In this document: positions 13,882-22,506 of the stretch, in pieces
How the letters are laid out: every line of letters starts with the position of its first letter
Position numbering within the stretch: position 1 is the first letter of the stretch
Program-made: the position numbers and the translations under genes
Source of the DNA: Vicinamibacterales bacterium
GTDB taxonomy: Bacteria; Acidobacteriota; Vicinamibacteria; Vicinamibacterales; UBA8438
NCBI GenBank assembly: GCA_965243615.1
Contig: CBDEVO010000003.1
Location: forward strand, 3,674,471 to 3,738,470
Direction: 5' to 3'
DNA: 64,000 bases
Notes under the pieces: generated by a model
Seen by the model: only the letters and a program-made list of their open reading frames with translations
Told to the model about the DNA's origin: nothing
Databases searched by the model: none

Positions 13882-16476
13882 ATGAGACGCTCAGTAGTGA
13901 CGGCGGTTGCGATCGCCCTTGCGGCGATCGACCCGAGTCCGATCGCGGCGGCGGCGGGCGAACCACTTGCGGCGGGCGAACCGCGGGCGGAGGGCGGGCA
14001 GTTCCAGCCGTCGCCGCTCCCCCCGCCCGACTCGCCGACGCTGTTCACGACGATCCAGTTGGCGGCCCCCACCCAGGGCAACGTCCTCAGCGTGGAGGGC
14101 CAGACGTACCTCTACTACATGGAGATCGACGACTACGTCAGCCTGCCCTCGCAGGGACGGTGGACGCCCTGGGACGAGACCATCGAGGAGGTGCTGCTCG
14201 GAGACTTCGAGCGGCTGTGGAACACCGGCTTCCTGACCGATCTGACCATCGAGATCGTCGACGACCCCTATCCCAACGGGGTGCAGGGCCGCCGCGCGAT
14301 CTTCGTCATGGAGGAGCGCGAGCGGGTCCGGATCGTCAACTTCGAGGGTTCCGAGGAGTATGACCGGGCCGAGATCGACGAGGCGATGGAGTCGGTCGGC
14401 ATCGAGCTGCGCCTGGACAGCCGCATCGGGCCGGGCGTGATCCGGCGGACCGAGGGGCTGCTGCGGGAGATGTGGGCCGAGAAGGGTTTCCAGTTCGCCG
14501 AGGTGACCCACGAGATCGCCCCCCTGCCCGGCGGACCCCGGGTCGTGGAGCTCACGTTCCACATCGACGCGGGGCCCAAGGTCCACGTCTCGGACATCTC
14601 CTTCGTCGGCAACGACAACATCAGCGAGCGGTCGCTCAAGGGCCAGATGAGGTTCACGAAGGAGCGCTGGCTGTTCTCGTTCATCGGCGGCCGCGGGACG
14701 TACCGGCCGTTCGGGTTCGAGCAGGACGCCGACCTGCTGGTGGCGCACTACCGGAACAACGGCTACATCGAGGCCCAGGTCGGCCAGCCCGAGCTCGAGT
14801 ACCTGGACATGTCGGAGTCCGGCGAGAGCCGGCCGGTGCAGCTCCGGATACCCGTGAGCGAGGGAGAGCGGTACCGCGTCGGGACCTTGGGCTTCGACGG
14901 GCACGACGTGTTGCGGACCGACGCCCTGAGCGGGATCTTCTCGGGGCTGGAGCCGGGAGACTACTACTCGGAGCAGGTCGTCCGGGACGCCTTCGACGTG
15001 GCCCGCGAGGCCTACGGCGCCATCGGCTACTACGAGATGACGGTGTTCCCCGATCTGGTCCCGCGCCTCGAGGACGACGGATCGCCGGCCCGGATCGACG
15101 GGGACCCGGTGGTCGACGTTACCATCCGCGTGCAGGAAGGCGAGCAGTACTTCGTCAACCGCATCACCTTCGTGGGCAACAACACCACCCACGACGAGGT
15201 CATCCGGCGGGAGATCAACCTGTACGAGCGGGGCGTCTTCAACACCGAGGCCCTCCGCTTCAGCGTCCGGAGGCTCAACCAGCTCGGGTACTTCGAGCCG
15301 CTGGACGAGGACAACGCGATCCAGATCGAGAAGCGGCCGGGGGTGGACAACGAGGTCGATCTGACCCTCGAGGTCGAGGAGACCAACCTCAACCAGTTGA
15401 CGTTCGGCGCCGGCGCCTCGCAGTTCGACGGCTTCTTCCTGCAGCTCGCGTTCCAGACCACCAACTTCCTCGGCCGCGGCGAATCGCTGTCGCTGTCGCT
15501 CCAGAACGGCGAGCGCATCAAGAACTACGTCGTGGGCTTCACCGAGCCGTATCTCTTCGGGAAGCCGATCACCGCCGGGTTCAACGTCTTCCGCCGCGAC
15601 ATCCGGTTCATCAACCAGTTCACGCAGAGCTCGGTCGGGGCCACCACGTCGTTCGGGATGCGGGCGGGGCGATGGTCGCAGTTCTTCCTGGGGTACTCGT
15701 TCGAGGAGACCGACGTCGGCGAGATCAACCCCGCGTTCCTGAACCCCCGGCTCCTGCAGTTCAACCCGTTCCTGCAGGACGCCCTGCTGCTCGGCGAGGG
15801 CGGGGCGCGGACGATCAGCTCGGTCACGCCGTCGTTCGTCTACAACACCGTGGACCACCCGATCTTCCCGATGACCGGTCAGCGGTACACGGCGGCGTTC
15901 GAGGTGGCTCCCGGCAGCGTGCTGGGCGGCAACACGCACTTCTACAAGCCCTCGCTCGAGGGGGTCTGGTTTCTGCGTCACCATCCCAAGCTGACGATCG
16001 GGCTGCGGGCGCGCGCCGAGTACATCGCGCCGATTGCGGACACCGAGACGCTGCCGATCTTCGAGCTGCTCGCGATGGGGGGCGAGTTCAGCCTGCGCGG
16101 CTTCGACATCCGCACCGTGGGGCCGAACGACCCGCTCGTCTTCGACGCCGCCGGCAACGTCGTCTCGGGCAGCGGGCTGGTGATCGGCGGCAACAAGAGC
16201 CTGCTCTTCAACGCCGAGTACATCTTCGCGATCGCCAATCCCGTGCGGCTGCTCTTCTTCTACGACACCGGCCAGGTCGCCGACTTCGGGGAACGGTTCT
16301 CCGGCGACCGCTTCTATACGTCGACGGGCGTGGAGCTGCGGTTCTTCATGCCCGTCCTCAACGTGCCGTTCCGGCTGATCTACGCCTGGAACCCCCAGCG
16401 CGAGGGAATCCTCAACGATCGCTTCCAGCCCCAGGAGGCGACCGTCTTCAAGTTCGCGGTCGGCGCCACGTTCTGA
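13882..16476 (+). CDS. bamA: Outer membrane protein assembly factor BamA
   Basis: Signal peptide, repeated POTRA-like units (..I.F.GN....D..I...), C-terminal beta-barrel ending ..FKFAVGATF. Confidence 0.9.
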   Translation: MRRSVVTAVAIALAAIDPSPIAAAAGEPLAAGEPRAEGGQFQPSPLPPPDSPTLFTTIQLAAPTQGNVLSVEGQTYLYYMEIDDYVSLPSQGRWTPWDETIEEVLLGDFERLWNTGFLTDLTIEIVDDPYPNGVQGRRAIFVMEERERVRIVNFEGSEEYDRAEIDEAMESVGIELRLDSRIGPGVIRRTEGLLREMWAEKGFQFAEVTHEIAPLPGGPRVVELTFHIDAGPKVHVSDISFVGNDNISERSLKGQMRFTKERWLFSFIGGRGTYRPFGFEQDADLLVAHYRNNGYIEAQVGQPELEYLDMSESGESRPVQLRIPVSEGERYRVGTLGFDGHDVLRTDALSGIFSGLEPGDYYSEQVVRDAFDVAREAYGAIGYYEMTVFPDLVPRLEDDGSPARIDGDPVVDVTIRVQEGEQYFVNRITFVGNNTTHDEVIRREINLYERGVFNTEALRFSVRRLNQLGYFEPLDEDNAIQIEKRPGVDNEVDLTLEVEETNLNQLTFGAGASQFDGFFLQLAFQTTNFLGRGESLSLSLQNGERIKNYVVGFTEPYLFGKPITAGFNVFRRDIRFINQFTQSSVGATTSFGMRAGRWSQFFLGYSFEETDVGEINPAFLNPRLLQFNPFLQDALLLGEGGARTISSVTPSFVYNTVDHPIFPMTGQRYTAAFEVAPGSVLGGNTHFYKPSLEGVWFLRHHPKLTIGLRARAEYIAPIADTETLPIFELLAMGGEFSLRGFDIRTVGPNDPLVFDAAGNVVSGSGLVIGGNKSLLFNAEYIFAIANPVRLLFFYDTGQVADFGERFSGDRFYTSTGVELRFFMPVLNVPFRLIYAWNPQREGILNDRFQPQEATVFKFAVGATF

Positions 16477-16605
16477 GTCGGCGTTCGCGGGGAACGGGGA
16501 GAAGCTGGTATCGTATTGGGTGCTTCGCGTGCGGGCGGCGTGTGCCGTGCCCGTCGCCTTTCGGGTTCTGGTGGCAGGGATCGCCACGATCGAGGGACAG
16601 TTCCG

Positions 16606-17169
16606 ATGAGATTGCTGACTGGAGTTGCGGCGGCGCTGGTCGCCGGTTGTTGCATGATGCCGGTATCCGTCGAGGCGGGACAGGCGCCCCAGGCCCGGTT
16701 GCCGTTTCCGTCGGATGCGAGGTGGGCCTACGTCGATCTGGCTCGCATCGCCGCGGAGTCGGCCGAGGGCCGCGCCGCGAACCAGCAGTTGCAGCAACTG
16801 GTCCAGCAGAAGCAGCAGCAGCTCGCGGGGCGCCAGCAGGAGCTGGCGGCCAGCCAGCAGAAGCTCCAGCAGAACGCGAGCGTGATGAGTCCCCAGGCCC
16901 AGCTCCAGTTGCAGCAGGAGATCGAGCGTCTCGGCCTCGAGGTCCAGCGGATGACCCAGGACGCGGAGGCGGAGGTCGCCCAACTGGACCAGCAGCTCCA
17001 GCTCGCGTTCCAGGACAAGCTGATTCCGGCCATCAACCAGGTCGCGACGAGCCGGCGGCTCCAGTTCGTCTTCAATGCGCAGACGGGCATATTCGCGTGG
17101 GCGGATCCCGCCCTCGACATCTCCGTGGACGTCATTCAGGAGCTCGACCGCGCCTCGGGCGGCGACTAG
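16606..17169 (+). CDS. skp: OmpH/Skp-family periplasmic chaperone
   Basis: Signal peptide then a Gln-rich coiled coil (QQLQQLVQQKQQQL..QQKLQQ..), I..AI..VA......V.; canonical position after bamA. Confidence 0.8.
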   Translation: MRLLTGVAAALVAGCCMMPVSVEAGQAPQARLPFPSDARWAYVDLARIAAESAEGRAANQQLQQLVQQKQQQLAGRQQELAASQQKLQQNASVMSPQAQLQLQQEIERLGLEVQRMTQDAEAEVAQLDQQLQLAFQDKLIPAINQVATSRRLQFVFNAQTGIFAWADPALDISVDVIQELDRASGGD

Positions 17170-17340
17170 CGGTCGCCGTCGTCCACCACGCCGCCGTCCC
17201 GGAACGCGCACCGGATCGCCGTGGCGGGACGGTGCGGCTCGCGGGCGGTTTTCGGCGCGGGTCGCGCGCTGCCGTTCGGTCGCCCGACCGTCAGAGTCAG
17301 CCCCGCGCCGCGGCGGATCCGCCGCAGGGCGCTTCTGATA

Positions 17341-18645
17341 ATGGCCAGCCTCCCGTCGAGCCCGGCATCCTCGGCACCCGCCGCCACCGGCCTCTCCGAC
17401 GGGTTCGACCGGGCCCTCGACCGCCTCTGCTTCCGCTATCCCTCGGTGCTGCTCGACGACGTGATCGAGCACGAACCGGGTGTGCGGCTCGTCGCCGTCA
17501 AGAACGTCACCGTCAACGAGGAGTTCTTCCAGGGCCACTTTCCGGGCAATCCGGTGATGCCCGGCGTCCTGATGATCGAGACCTTCGCCCAGGCCGCGGC
17601 GGTGCTGCTCCTCGAGCCCGACGGCGAGACCGCGGCCCTGCGCGCGGTGTTCCGCGGGGTCAACAGCGCCCGCTTCCGCCGTCAGGTCGTGCCGGGTGAC
17701 CGGCTGCGGGTCTCGGTGTCGATTCGGCGCCGGCGCCGGCGGATGGCGGTGGCGTCGGCGGTGGCCCACGTGGGCGACCACGTGGTGGTCGAGGCGGAGC
17801 TGCTGCTGGGGCTGCTCTTCGACGAGGCGCGCATCGATCGTACCGCGCGGGTGGCCCCGGGAGCGCGCATCGGGGCCGGCACGGTGGTGGGGCCGAACGC
17901 CGTGATCGGACCGCACGTGCGTATCGGGCGCGGCTGCCTCGTCGGGGCGTCGGCGGTCATCGACGGGTGGACCGAGATCGGCGACGGGACGCAGGTGTTC
18001 CCGTTCGCCTCCGTCGGCCTGATTCCCCAGGACACGAAGTTCGGGGGAGAGCGCACGACCCTCGTCATCGGCCGGCGCAACGTGTTCCGGGAGTTCGTCA
18101 CCATTCACCGCGGGACGGCGCAGGGCGGAGGCGTGACCCGCATCGGCGACGACAACCTCTTCATGGCCTACGTCCACGTCGCCCACGACTGCCAGGTCGG
18201 CAACCGCACCATCCTCGCCAACGCGGTGATGCTGGGCGGCCACGTCACGGTGGAGGACCACGCGTTCGTGGGGGCCGTCTCGGGCGTGCACCAGTACTGC
18301 CGCATCGGCCGGCACGCCTTCGTCGGCGGGGCCTCGGTGGTGACCCTCGATGCGCTCCCCTATGCGCGCAGCGTCGGGAACCGGGCCCGCATCTACGACC
18401 TGAACACGTTGGGGCTCGATCGCCGGGGCGTCCCGCAGGAGACGATCGCGCAGCTCAGGCGGGCGTTCCGCCACCTGCTGCAGTCGAAGCTCAACACCAC
18501 GCAGGCCCTCGAGCGGATCGAGGAGGACCGGACCCTGCGCGACCCGGAGGTAGCCTATCTCGTCGACTTCATCCGTTCGTCCCGCCGCGGGGTCCATCTG
18601 CGCCGTCGCTCCCGCCGCGTCGAGGTGACACCTGGCGATGAGTAG
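17341..18645 (+). CDS. fabZ/lpxA: Fused 3-hydroxyacyl-ACP dehydratase FabZ / acyl-ACP--UDP-GlcNAc O-acyltransferase LpxA
   Basis: Single stop-free frame. The N-terminal part has NEEFFQGHFPGNPVMPGVLMIE (FabZ). From about nt 17821 it carries hexapeptide repeats and TIHRGTAQGGGVTRIGDDNLFMAYVHVAHDCQVGN...GGH (LpxA). Confidence 0.85.
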   Translation: MASLPSSPASSAPAATGLSDGFDRALDRLCFRYPSVLLDDVIEHEPGVRLVAVKNVTVNEEFFQGHFPGNPVMPGVLMIETFAQAAAVLLLEPDGETAALRAVFRGVNSARFRRQVVPGDRLRVSVSIRRRRRRMAVASAVAHVGDHVVVEAELLLGLLFDEARIDRTARVAPGARIGAGTVVGPNAVIGPHVRIGRGCLVGASAVIDGWTEIGDGTQVFPFASVGLIPQDTKFGGERTTLVIGRRNVFREFVTIHRGTAQGGGVTRIGDDNLFMAYVHVAHDCQVGNRTILANAVMLGGHVTVEDHAFVGAVSGVHQYCRIGRHAFVGGASVVTLDALPYARSVGNRARIYDLNTLGLDRRGVPQETIAQLRRAFRHLLQSKLNTTQALERIEEDRTLRDPEVAYLVDFIRSSRRGVHLRRRSRRVEVTPGDE

Positions 18646-18702
18646 CTGCCGGCAGCCGCCGGGCGGGGAGCGGCGCCTCGGCGGGCCGGACGGGGAGACG
18701 CG

Positions 18703-19530
18703 ATGCGGCTCGGCCTGATCGCGGGAAACGGCCGGTTTCCGTTCCTGGCCCTCGAGGGGGCGCGCCGGCTCGGCCACGACGTGACCATCGTCGCCATCCG
18801 GGAGGAGACGAGCCCGGCCCTGACCGAGGCGGCGGCCGGCGATCCCCCGGCCGCCGTGCACTGGGTCTCGCTGGGGCAGGTCGGCAAGTGCATCTCGATC
18901 CTGAAGGACGCCGGGGTGACCCGCGCGGTCATGGCCGGGCAGGTCAAGCACACGCGGCTGTTCGCGGACATCGTTCCCGACCTGGCGGGACTGAAGGTGC
19001 TCGGCCGTCTCCGGACGAGGAACACCGACGCGGTGATCTCGGCGGTGGCGGACGTCCTCGCCGACCACGGGATCGAGCTCGAGAACTCGACCGCCTTCCT
19101 GCGCCCGCTCCTGGCGGGGAGCGGCGCGCTGACCGCCCGTCCGCCGTCGGCGGACGAGCAGGCGGACCTGGACTTCGGATATCGCATGGCGGACGCCGTG
19201 GCCGCCCTGGACATCGGCCAGACCATCGCCGTGAAGGACCGTGCGGTGGTGGCGGTCGAGGCGATGGAGGGCACCGACGCGGTCATCGCCCGCGCCGGCG
19301 AGCTCGCGGGCCCCGGGGTCTGCATCGTCAAGGTCGGCAAGCCCGCCCAGGACATGCGGTTCGACGTGCCGGTGGTGGGCCTGCCCACCCTCGCGGCGAT
19401 GGCGAAGGCGGGCGCGAAGGCCTTGTCGGTCGACGCGGGGCGGACCCTGGTGCTCGACGGATCGCGGTTCTACGCGCAGGCCGACGCCCAGGGGGCGGCG
19501 GTGGTGGGACGGGAGCCGGGGGCGGAATGA
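18703..19530 (+). CDS. lpxI: UDP-2,3-diacylglucosamine pyrophosphatase LpxI (DUF1009)
   Basis: [11 protein letters not shown].., [48 protein letters not shown]; follows lpxA. Confidence 0.8.
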   Translation: MRLGLIAGNGRFPFLALEGARRLGHDVTIVAIREETSPALTEAAAGDPPAAVHWVSLGQVGKCISILKDAGVTRAVMAGQVKHTRLFADIVPDLAGLKVLGRLRTRNTDAVISAVADVLADHGIELENSTAFLRPLLAGSGALTARPPSADEQADLDFGYRMADAVAALDIGQTIAVKDRAVVAVEAMEGTDAVIARAGELAGPGVCIVKVGKPAQDMRFDVPVVGLPTLAAMAKAGAKALSVDAGRTLVLDGSRFYAQADAQGAAVVGREPGAE

Positions 19531-19597
19531 GCGCGCCCGCGGCCTTCCCCGGCGACGCGTGCTTCCGTGGAGCCCCGCGCCGGCGGGTCCGCCGGCG

Positions 19598-20590
19598 ATG
19601 ACCGCCGCGGCCGCGGGCGGCGCCCCCCGGATGGCGGTGGTCGGGGCCGGGCACTTCGGCCGGCATCACGCGCGCATCCTGTCAGCTTCCCCCGGCGTTC
19701 GGCTCGAAGCCGTCGTCGACGTCGATCCGGAGGCCGCCGCCCGCGTGGCGTCCGAGGCAGGCGTGCGCCCGGAGACCGATGCGGCGGCGCTGCACGGCCG
19801 GGTGGACGCGGTCACCGTCGCGGTGCCCACGGACCGGCACCGCGCGGTCGCGGTCCCGTTGCTTGAGCGGGGCATCTCGGTGCTCGTCGAGAAGCCGATG
19901 GCGCGGTCGCTCGACGAGGCCGACGAGATGATCGCGGCGGCGAGCGCGGGCCGGGCGGTGCTGGCGGTCGGGCACACGGAGCGCTACAACCCCGCGGTGA
20001 CCGTCGCCCTGCCCCTGGTCGAGGCGCCGCGCTTCATCGAGGTGCACCGCATCGGCGCCTTCTCTCCGCGAAGCCTGGACGTCGACGTCGTCTTCGACCT
20101 GATGATTCACGACCTCGACATCGTGCGGACCGCGGTCGGCGGGGAGGTCGCGGCCATCGAGGCGGTCGGGGTCCCGGTGCTGACCGAGCACGTCGACATC
20201 GCCAACGTCCGGCTGCGGTTCGCGTCCGGGTGCATCGCGAACCTGACCGCGAGCCGGATCAGCCGCGACCGCGTGCGCAAGCTGCGGTTCTTCCAGCGGG
20301 ATGCGTACATCTCGGTCGACTGCGCACGGCGGGAGGTCGAGACGTGGCGGGTCGAACGCACCGGGGGCCGGACGCCGGTCATCGACGGTGGGCGGGTGGC
20401 GGTGCCGCCGGGCGAGCCCCTCGCGCTCGAGCTGGACGACTTCGCGAGGGCGGTTTCCGGGATGACGGCCCCGCGGGTGGACGGGGCCGAAGGCCGGCGG
20501 GCGCTCGCCCTCGCCGTGCGGGTGGCGGAGGCCCTGCGGGACGTCCCCGGGGCCTCCCCGGGGTCCGCGGGACGGGAGCCGGCGCCGTAG
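19598..20590 (+). CDS. Gfo/Idh/MocA-family NAD(P)-dependent oxidoreductase
   Basis: MAVVGAGHFGRHHA..., VLVEKPMA.SL.EADEMI, VGH.ERYNP. Start at ATG 19598 or 19631. Confidence 0.8.
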   Translation: MTAAAAGGAPRMAVVGAGHFGRHHARILSASPGVRLEAVVDVDPEAAARVASEAGVRPETDAAALHGRVDAVTVAVPTDRHRAVAVPLLERGISVLVEKPMARSLDEADEMIAAASAGRAVLAVGHTERYNPAVTVALPLVEAPRFIEVHRIGAFSPRSLDVDVVFDLMIHDLDIVRTAVGGEVAAIEAVGVPVLTEHVDIANVRLRFASGCIANLTASRISRDRVRKLRFFQRDAYISVDCARREVETWRVERTGGRTPVIDGGRVAVPPGEPLALELDDFARAVSGMTAPRVDGAEGRRALALAVRVAEALRDVPGASPGSAGREPAP

Positions 20591-20812
20591 CGCGGCGTGG
20601 GCTCCCGGAGGGTCGATCGGCCGAGCGGGGCCGCGGGCGACGATTGCCGGGGCGGAGCCGGCGCCCTGGAACGACGCGGGTTCCGGAGGGTCGGCTGGGG
20701 CCAAGTGGAGCGGCAGGTGCGCGGGCCAGGTGGCAAGGGGTTTGCTTCGGTCCTGTGCAAGGAAGAGGGCTCGGGGTTTCGACGAGGCGGAACGGGAGTG
20801 GTGGAGAGGTTC

Positions 20813-21706
20813 ATGCATGACGATCTGGCCGCGGTGCTCGACAAGGTCGAGGCCGGCGACGCGCTCGACGACGGGGACTGGCGGGCGCTGACGAGCGGGC
20901 ACGACCTGATCGCGCTGGGCATGGCCGCCGACGCCGCGCGGCGCCGCCGGCACGGAGACCGGACCACCTTCGTGCAGGTGGTGCCGGTGCCGGTCGACGC
21001 TCCGGCGCTCCCCGACCCGGTCGCCGCCGACGCCGGGGAGCTGCGGTTGACGGGCCGGCCGGAGACGCTCTCGTCGGCGGCGGCCGCGGTCCGAACCCTG
21101 GCCGCCCGGTCGGGGGGGGCGCCCGTCACCGGGTTCGCCTACGGCGACCTCGATGCGCTGTGCGGCCGTGATGCGGCCCGGCTGGGCGACCTCCTCGTCG
21201 AGCTGCGGGAATCGGGGCTGGCGCGGTTGACCTCGCTCGCGGCCGACGCGCCGGATCCGGAAACCGTGGTTGCCGTCCTCGGCAAGAGCGGCCTCGCCGT
21301 CTCGAGCCTGACCCTGGGCGGCGCGGCGGGGGACGGCGCCTGGCGCCTGCTTCGGCGGGTGAGGTCGTGGGACGGTGTCGGCGGCGTCTGCCGCGCCCTG
21401 GCCCCCCTGCCGCCGGTCGAGCCGACGCCGCCGGCCACCGGCTACGGCGACCTCCGCCAGGTTGCGCTGGCGCGGCTCCTGGTTGACAATATCGACTCGA
21501 TTCAGGTCGACTGGTCGCGCCACGGGCCGAAGCTGGCCCAGGTGGCGTTGACGTTCGGCGCCGACGACGTCGACGCGGTGCCGGCCGCCGCAACGCACGA
21601 CCAGGGGTGGCGCCGGTCCCCGCGGGAGGAGATTCGCCGGAACGTCACGGCGGCCGGCTTCGTGCCCGTCCCGCGGAACGGCCGTTTCGAGGCACTCCAG
21701 TCATGA
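20813..21706 (+). CDS. MqnC/MqnE(CofH)-like protein lacking the radical-SAM CxxxCxxC motif
   Basis: Collinear similarity by eye to the next-but-one gene (e.g. YGDLRQVALARLLVDNIDSIQVDW..KLAQVALTFGADDVD vs IDYLRTLALSRIVLDNFDNLQASW..KVGQLSLAFGANDMG). It reads TTFVQVVPVPVDAP where the homologue has NYTNVCVARCNFCAF. Only 2 Cys in total. Confidence 0.7.
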   Translation: MHDDLAAVLDKVEAGDALDDGDWRALTSGHDLIALGMAADAARRRRHGDRTTFVQVVPVPVDAPALPDPVAADAGELRLTGRPETLSSAAAAVRTLAARSGGAPVTGFAYGDLDALCGRDAARLGDLLVELRESGLARLTSLAADAPDPETVVAVLGKSGLAVSSLTLGGAAGDGAWRLLRRVRSWDGVGGVCRALAPLPPVEPTPPATGYGDLRQVALARLLVDNIDSIQVDWSRHGPKLAQVALTFGADDVDAVPAAATHDQGWRRSPREEIRRNVTAAGFVPVPRNGRFEALQS

Positions 21707-22506
21707 GTCCAGTTCGCGTCAGCGCGGTCGAGTACCTGAACGCGAGGCCGCTCGTCGAGGGCCTGGGAGGCAGGACCGATCTGTTCGATCTCCGGTTCGA
21801 CGCGCCGGCCCGGTGCGCGCACCATCTTCACGATCGGTCGGCCGACCTCGCGCTGATCCCTTCCATCGAGTACCTCGAGAACCCCGACTACCGCATCGTG
21901 CCCGATCTCGCGGTGGCGTCCGAGGGCGAGGTGGCCTCCGTCGCGCTGTTCACCACCCGGCCGGTGACGTCGCTCCGGTCCATCGCCGTCGACAGCAACT
22001 CCCGGACCGCGGCCATGCTGCTTCGGATCCTGTGCGCCGAGGCCTGGGAGATCGAGCCGAAGCTCGTGAAGCTGCGGCCGGATCTGCCCGTCATGCTGAA
22101 GCGGTGCGACGCCGCCATGATCATCGGCGACGCCGCGCTGTTCCTGGAGCACGAGGAGCGGGGGCTGGAGAAGGTCGACCTCGGTGAGGAATGGACGGTC
22201 CTGACGTCGCTGCCGTTCGTGTGGGCGGCGTGGGTGGGGCGGCGCGACGCGCTGACGGCCGAGCACGGCCGCGCCCTCGCGGCGGCCCGCGCCCGGGGGG
22301 AGCAGGCCGTCGACGACATCGTGGCCCGCCACTGCCCCGACGAGGAGCAGCGGGAGATCGGCCGGCGCTATCTCCGGGAGAACGTGTCGTTCGGCCTCGA
22401 CGAGCGGGCGCGGGACGGCCTGCGGAAGTTCTACGAGTACGCGTACGAGCAGCGCCTCGTCCAGGTGCAGCGGGACGTCCGCTTCTACGAGTGGCCGGCG
22501 GAATGA
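21703..22506 (+). CDS. mqnA: Chorismate dehydratase MqnA (futalosine pathway)
   Basis: VRVSAVEYLNARPL..., DLALIPSIEY, AVDSNSRTAAMLLRIL, LPFVWAAWV; ATGA overlap with the upstream gene. Confidence 0.85.
   Translation: MSPVRVSAVEYLNARPLVEGLGGRTDLFDLRFDAPARCAHHLHDRSADLALIPSIEYLENPDYRIVPDLAVASEGEVASVALFTTRPVTSLRSIAVDSNSRTAAMLLRILCAEAWEIEPKLVKLRPDLPVMLKRCDAAMIIGDAALFLEHEERGLEKVDLGEEWTVLTSLPFVWAAWVGRRDALTAEHGRALAAARARGEQAVDDIVARHCPDEEQREIGRRYLRENVSFGLDERARDGLRKFYEYAYEQRLVQVQRDVRFYEWPAE

Noticed and set aside
16780-16930. CAG/CAGCAG-rich repetitive DNA
   Set aside because: It is in frame with the Skp coiled-coil arms (poly-Gln/Leu heptads). This is a coding low-complexity feature, not an independent repeat element.
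13891-19068. 1725-aa ORF on the minus strand
   Set aside because: It is antisense to bamA, skp, fabZ::lpxA and lpxI, all of which have clear family motifs. Its translation is Arg/Pro/Gly/His/Asp-rich low complexity with no recognisable domain. This is a typical shadow ORF of high-GC coding DNA.
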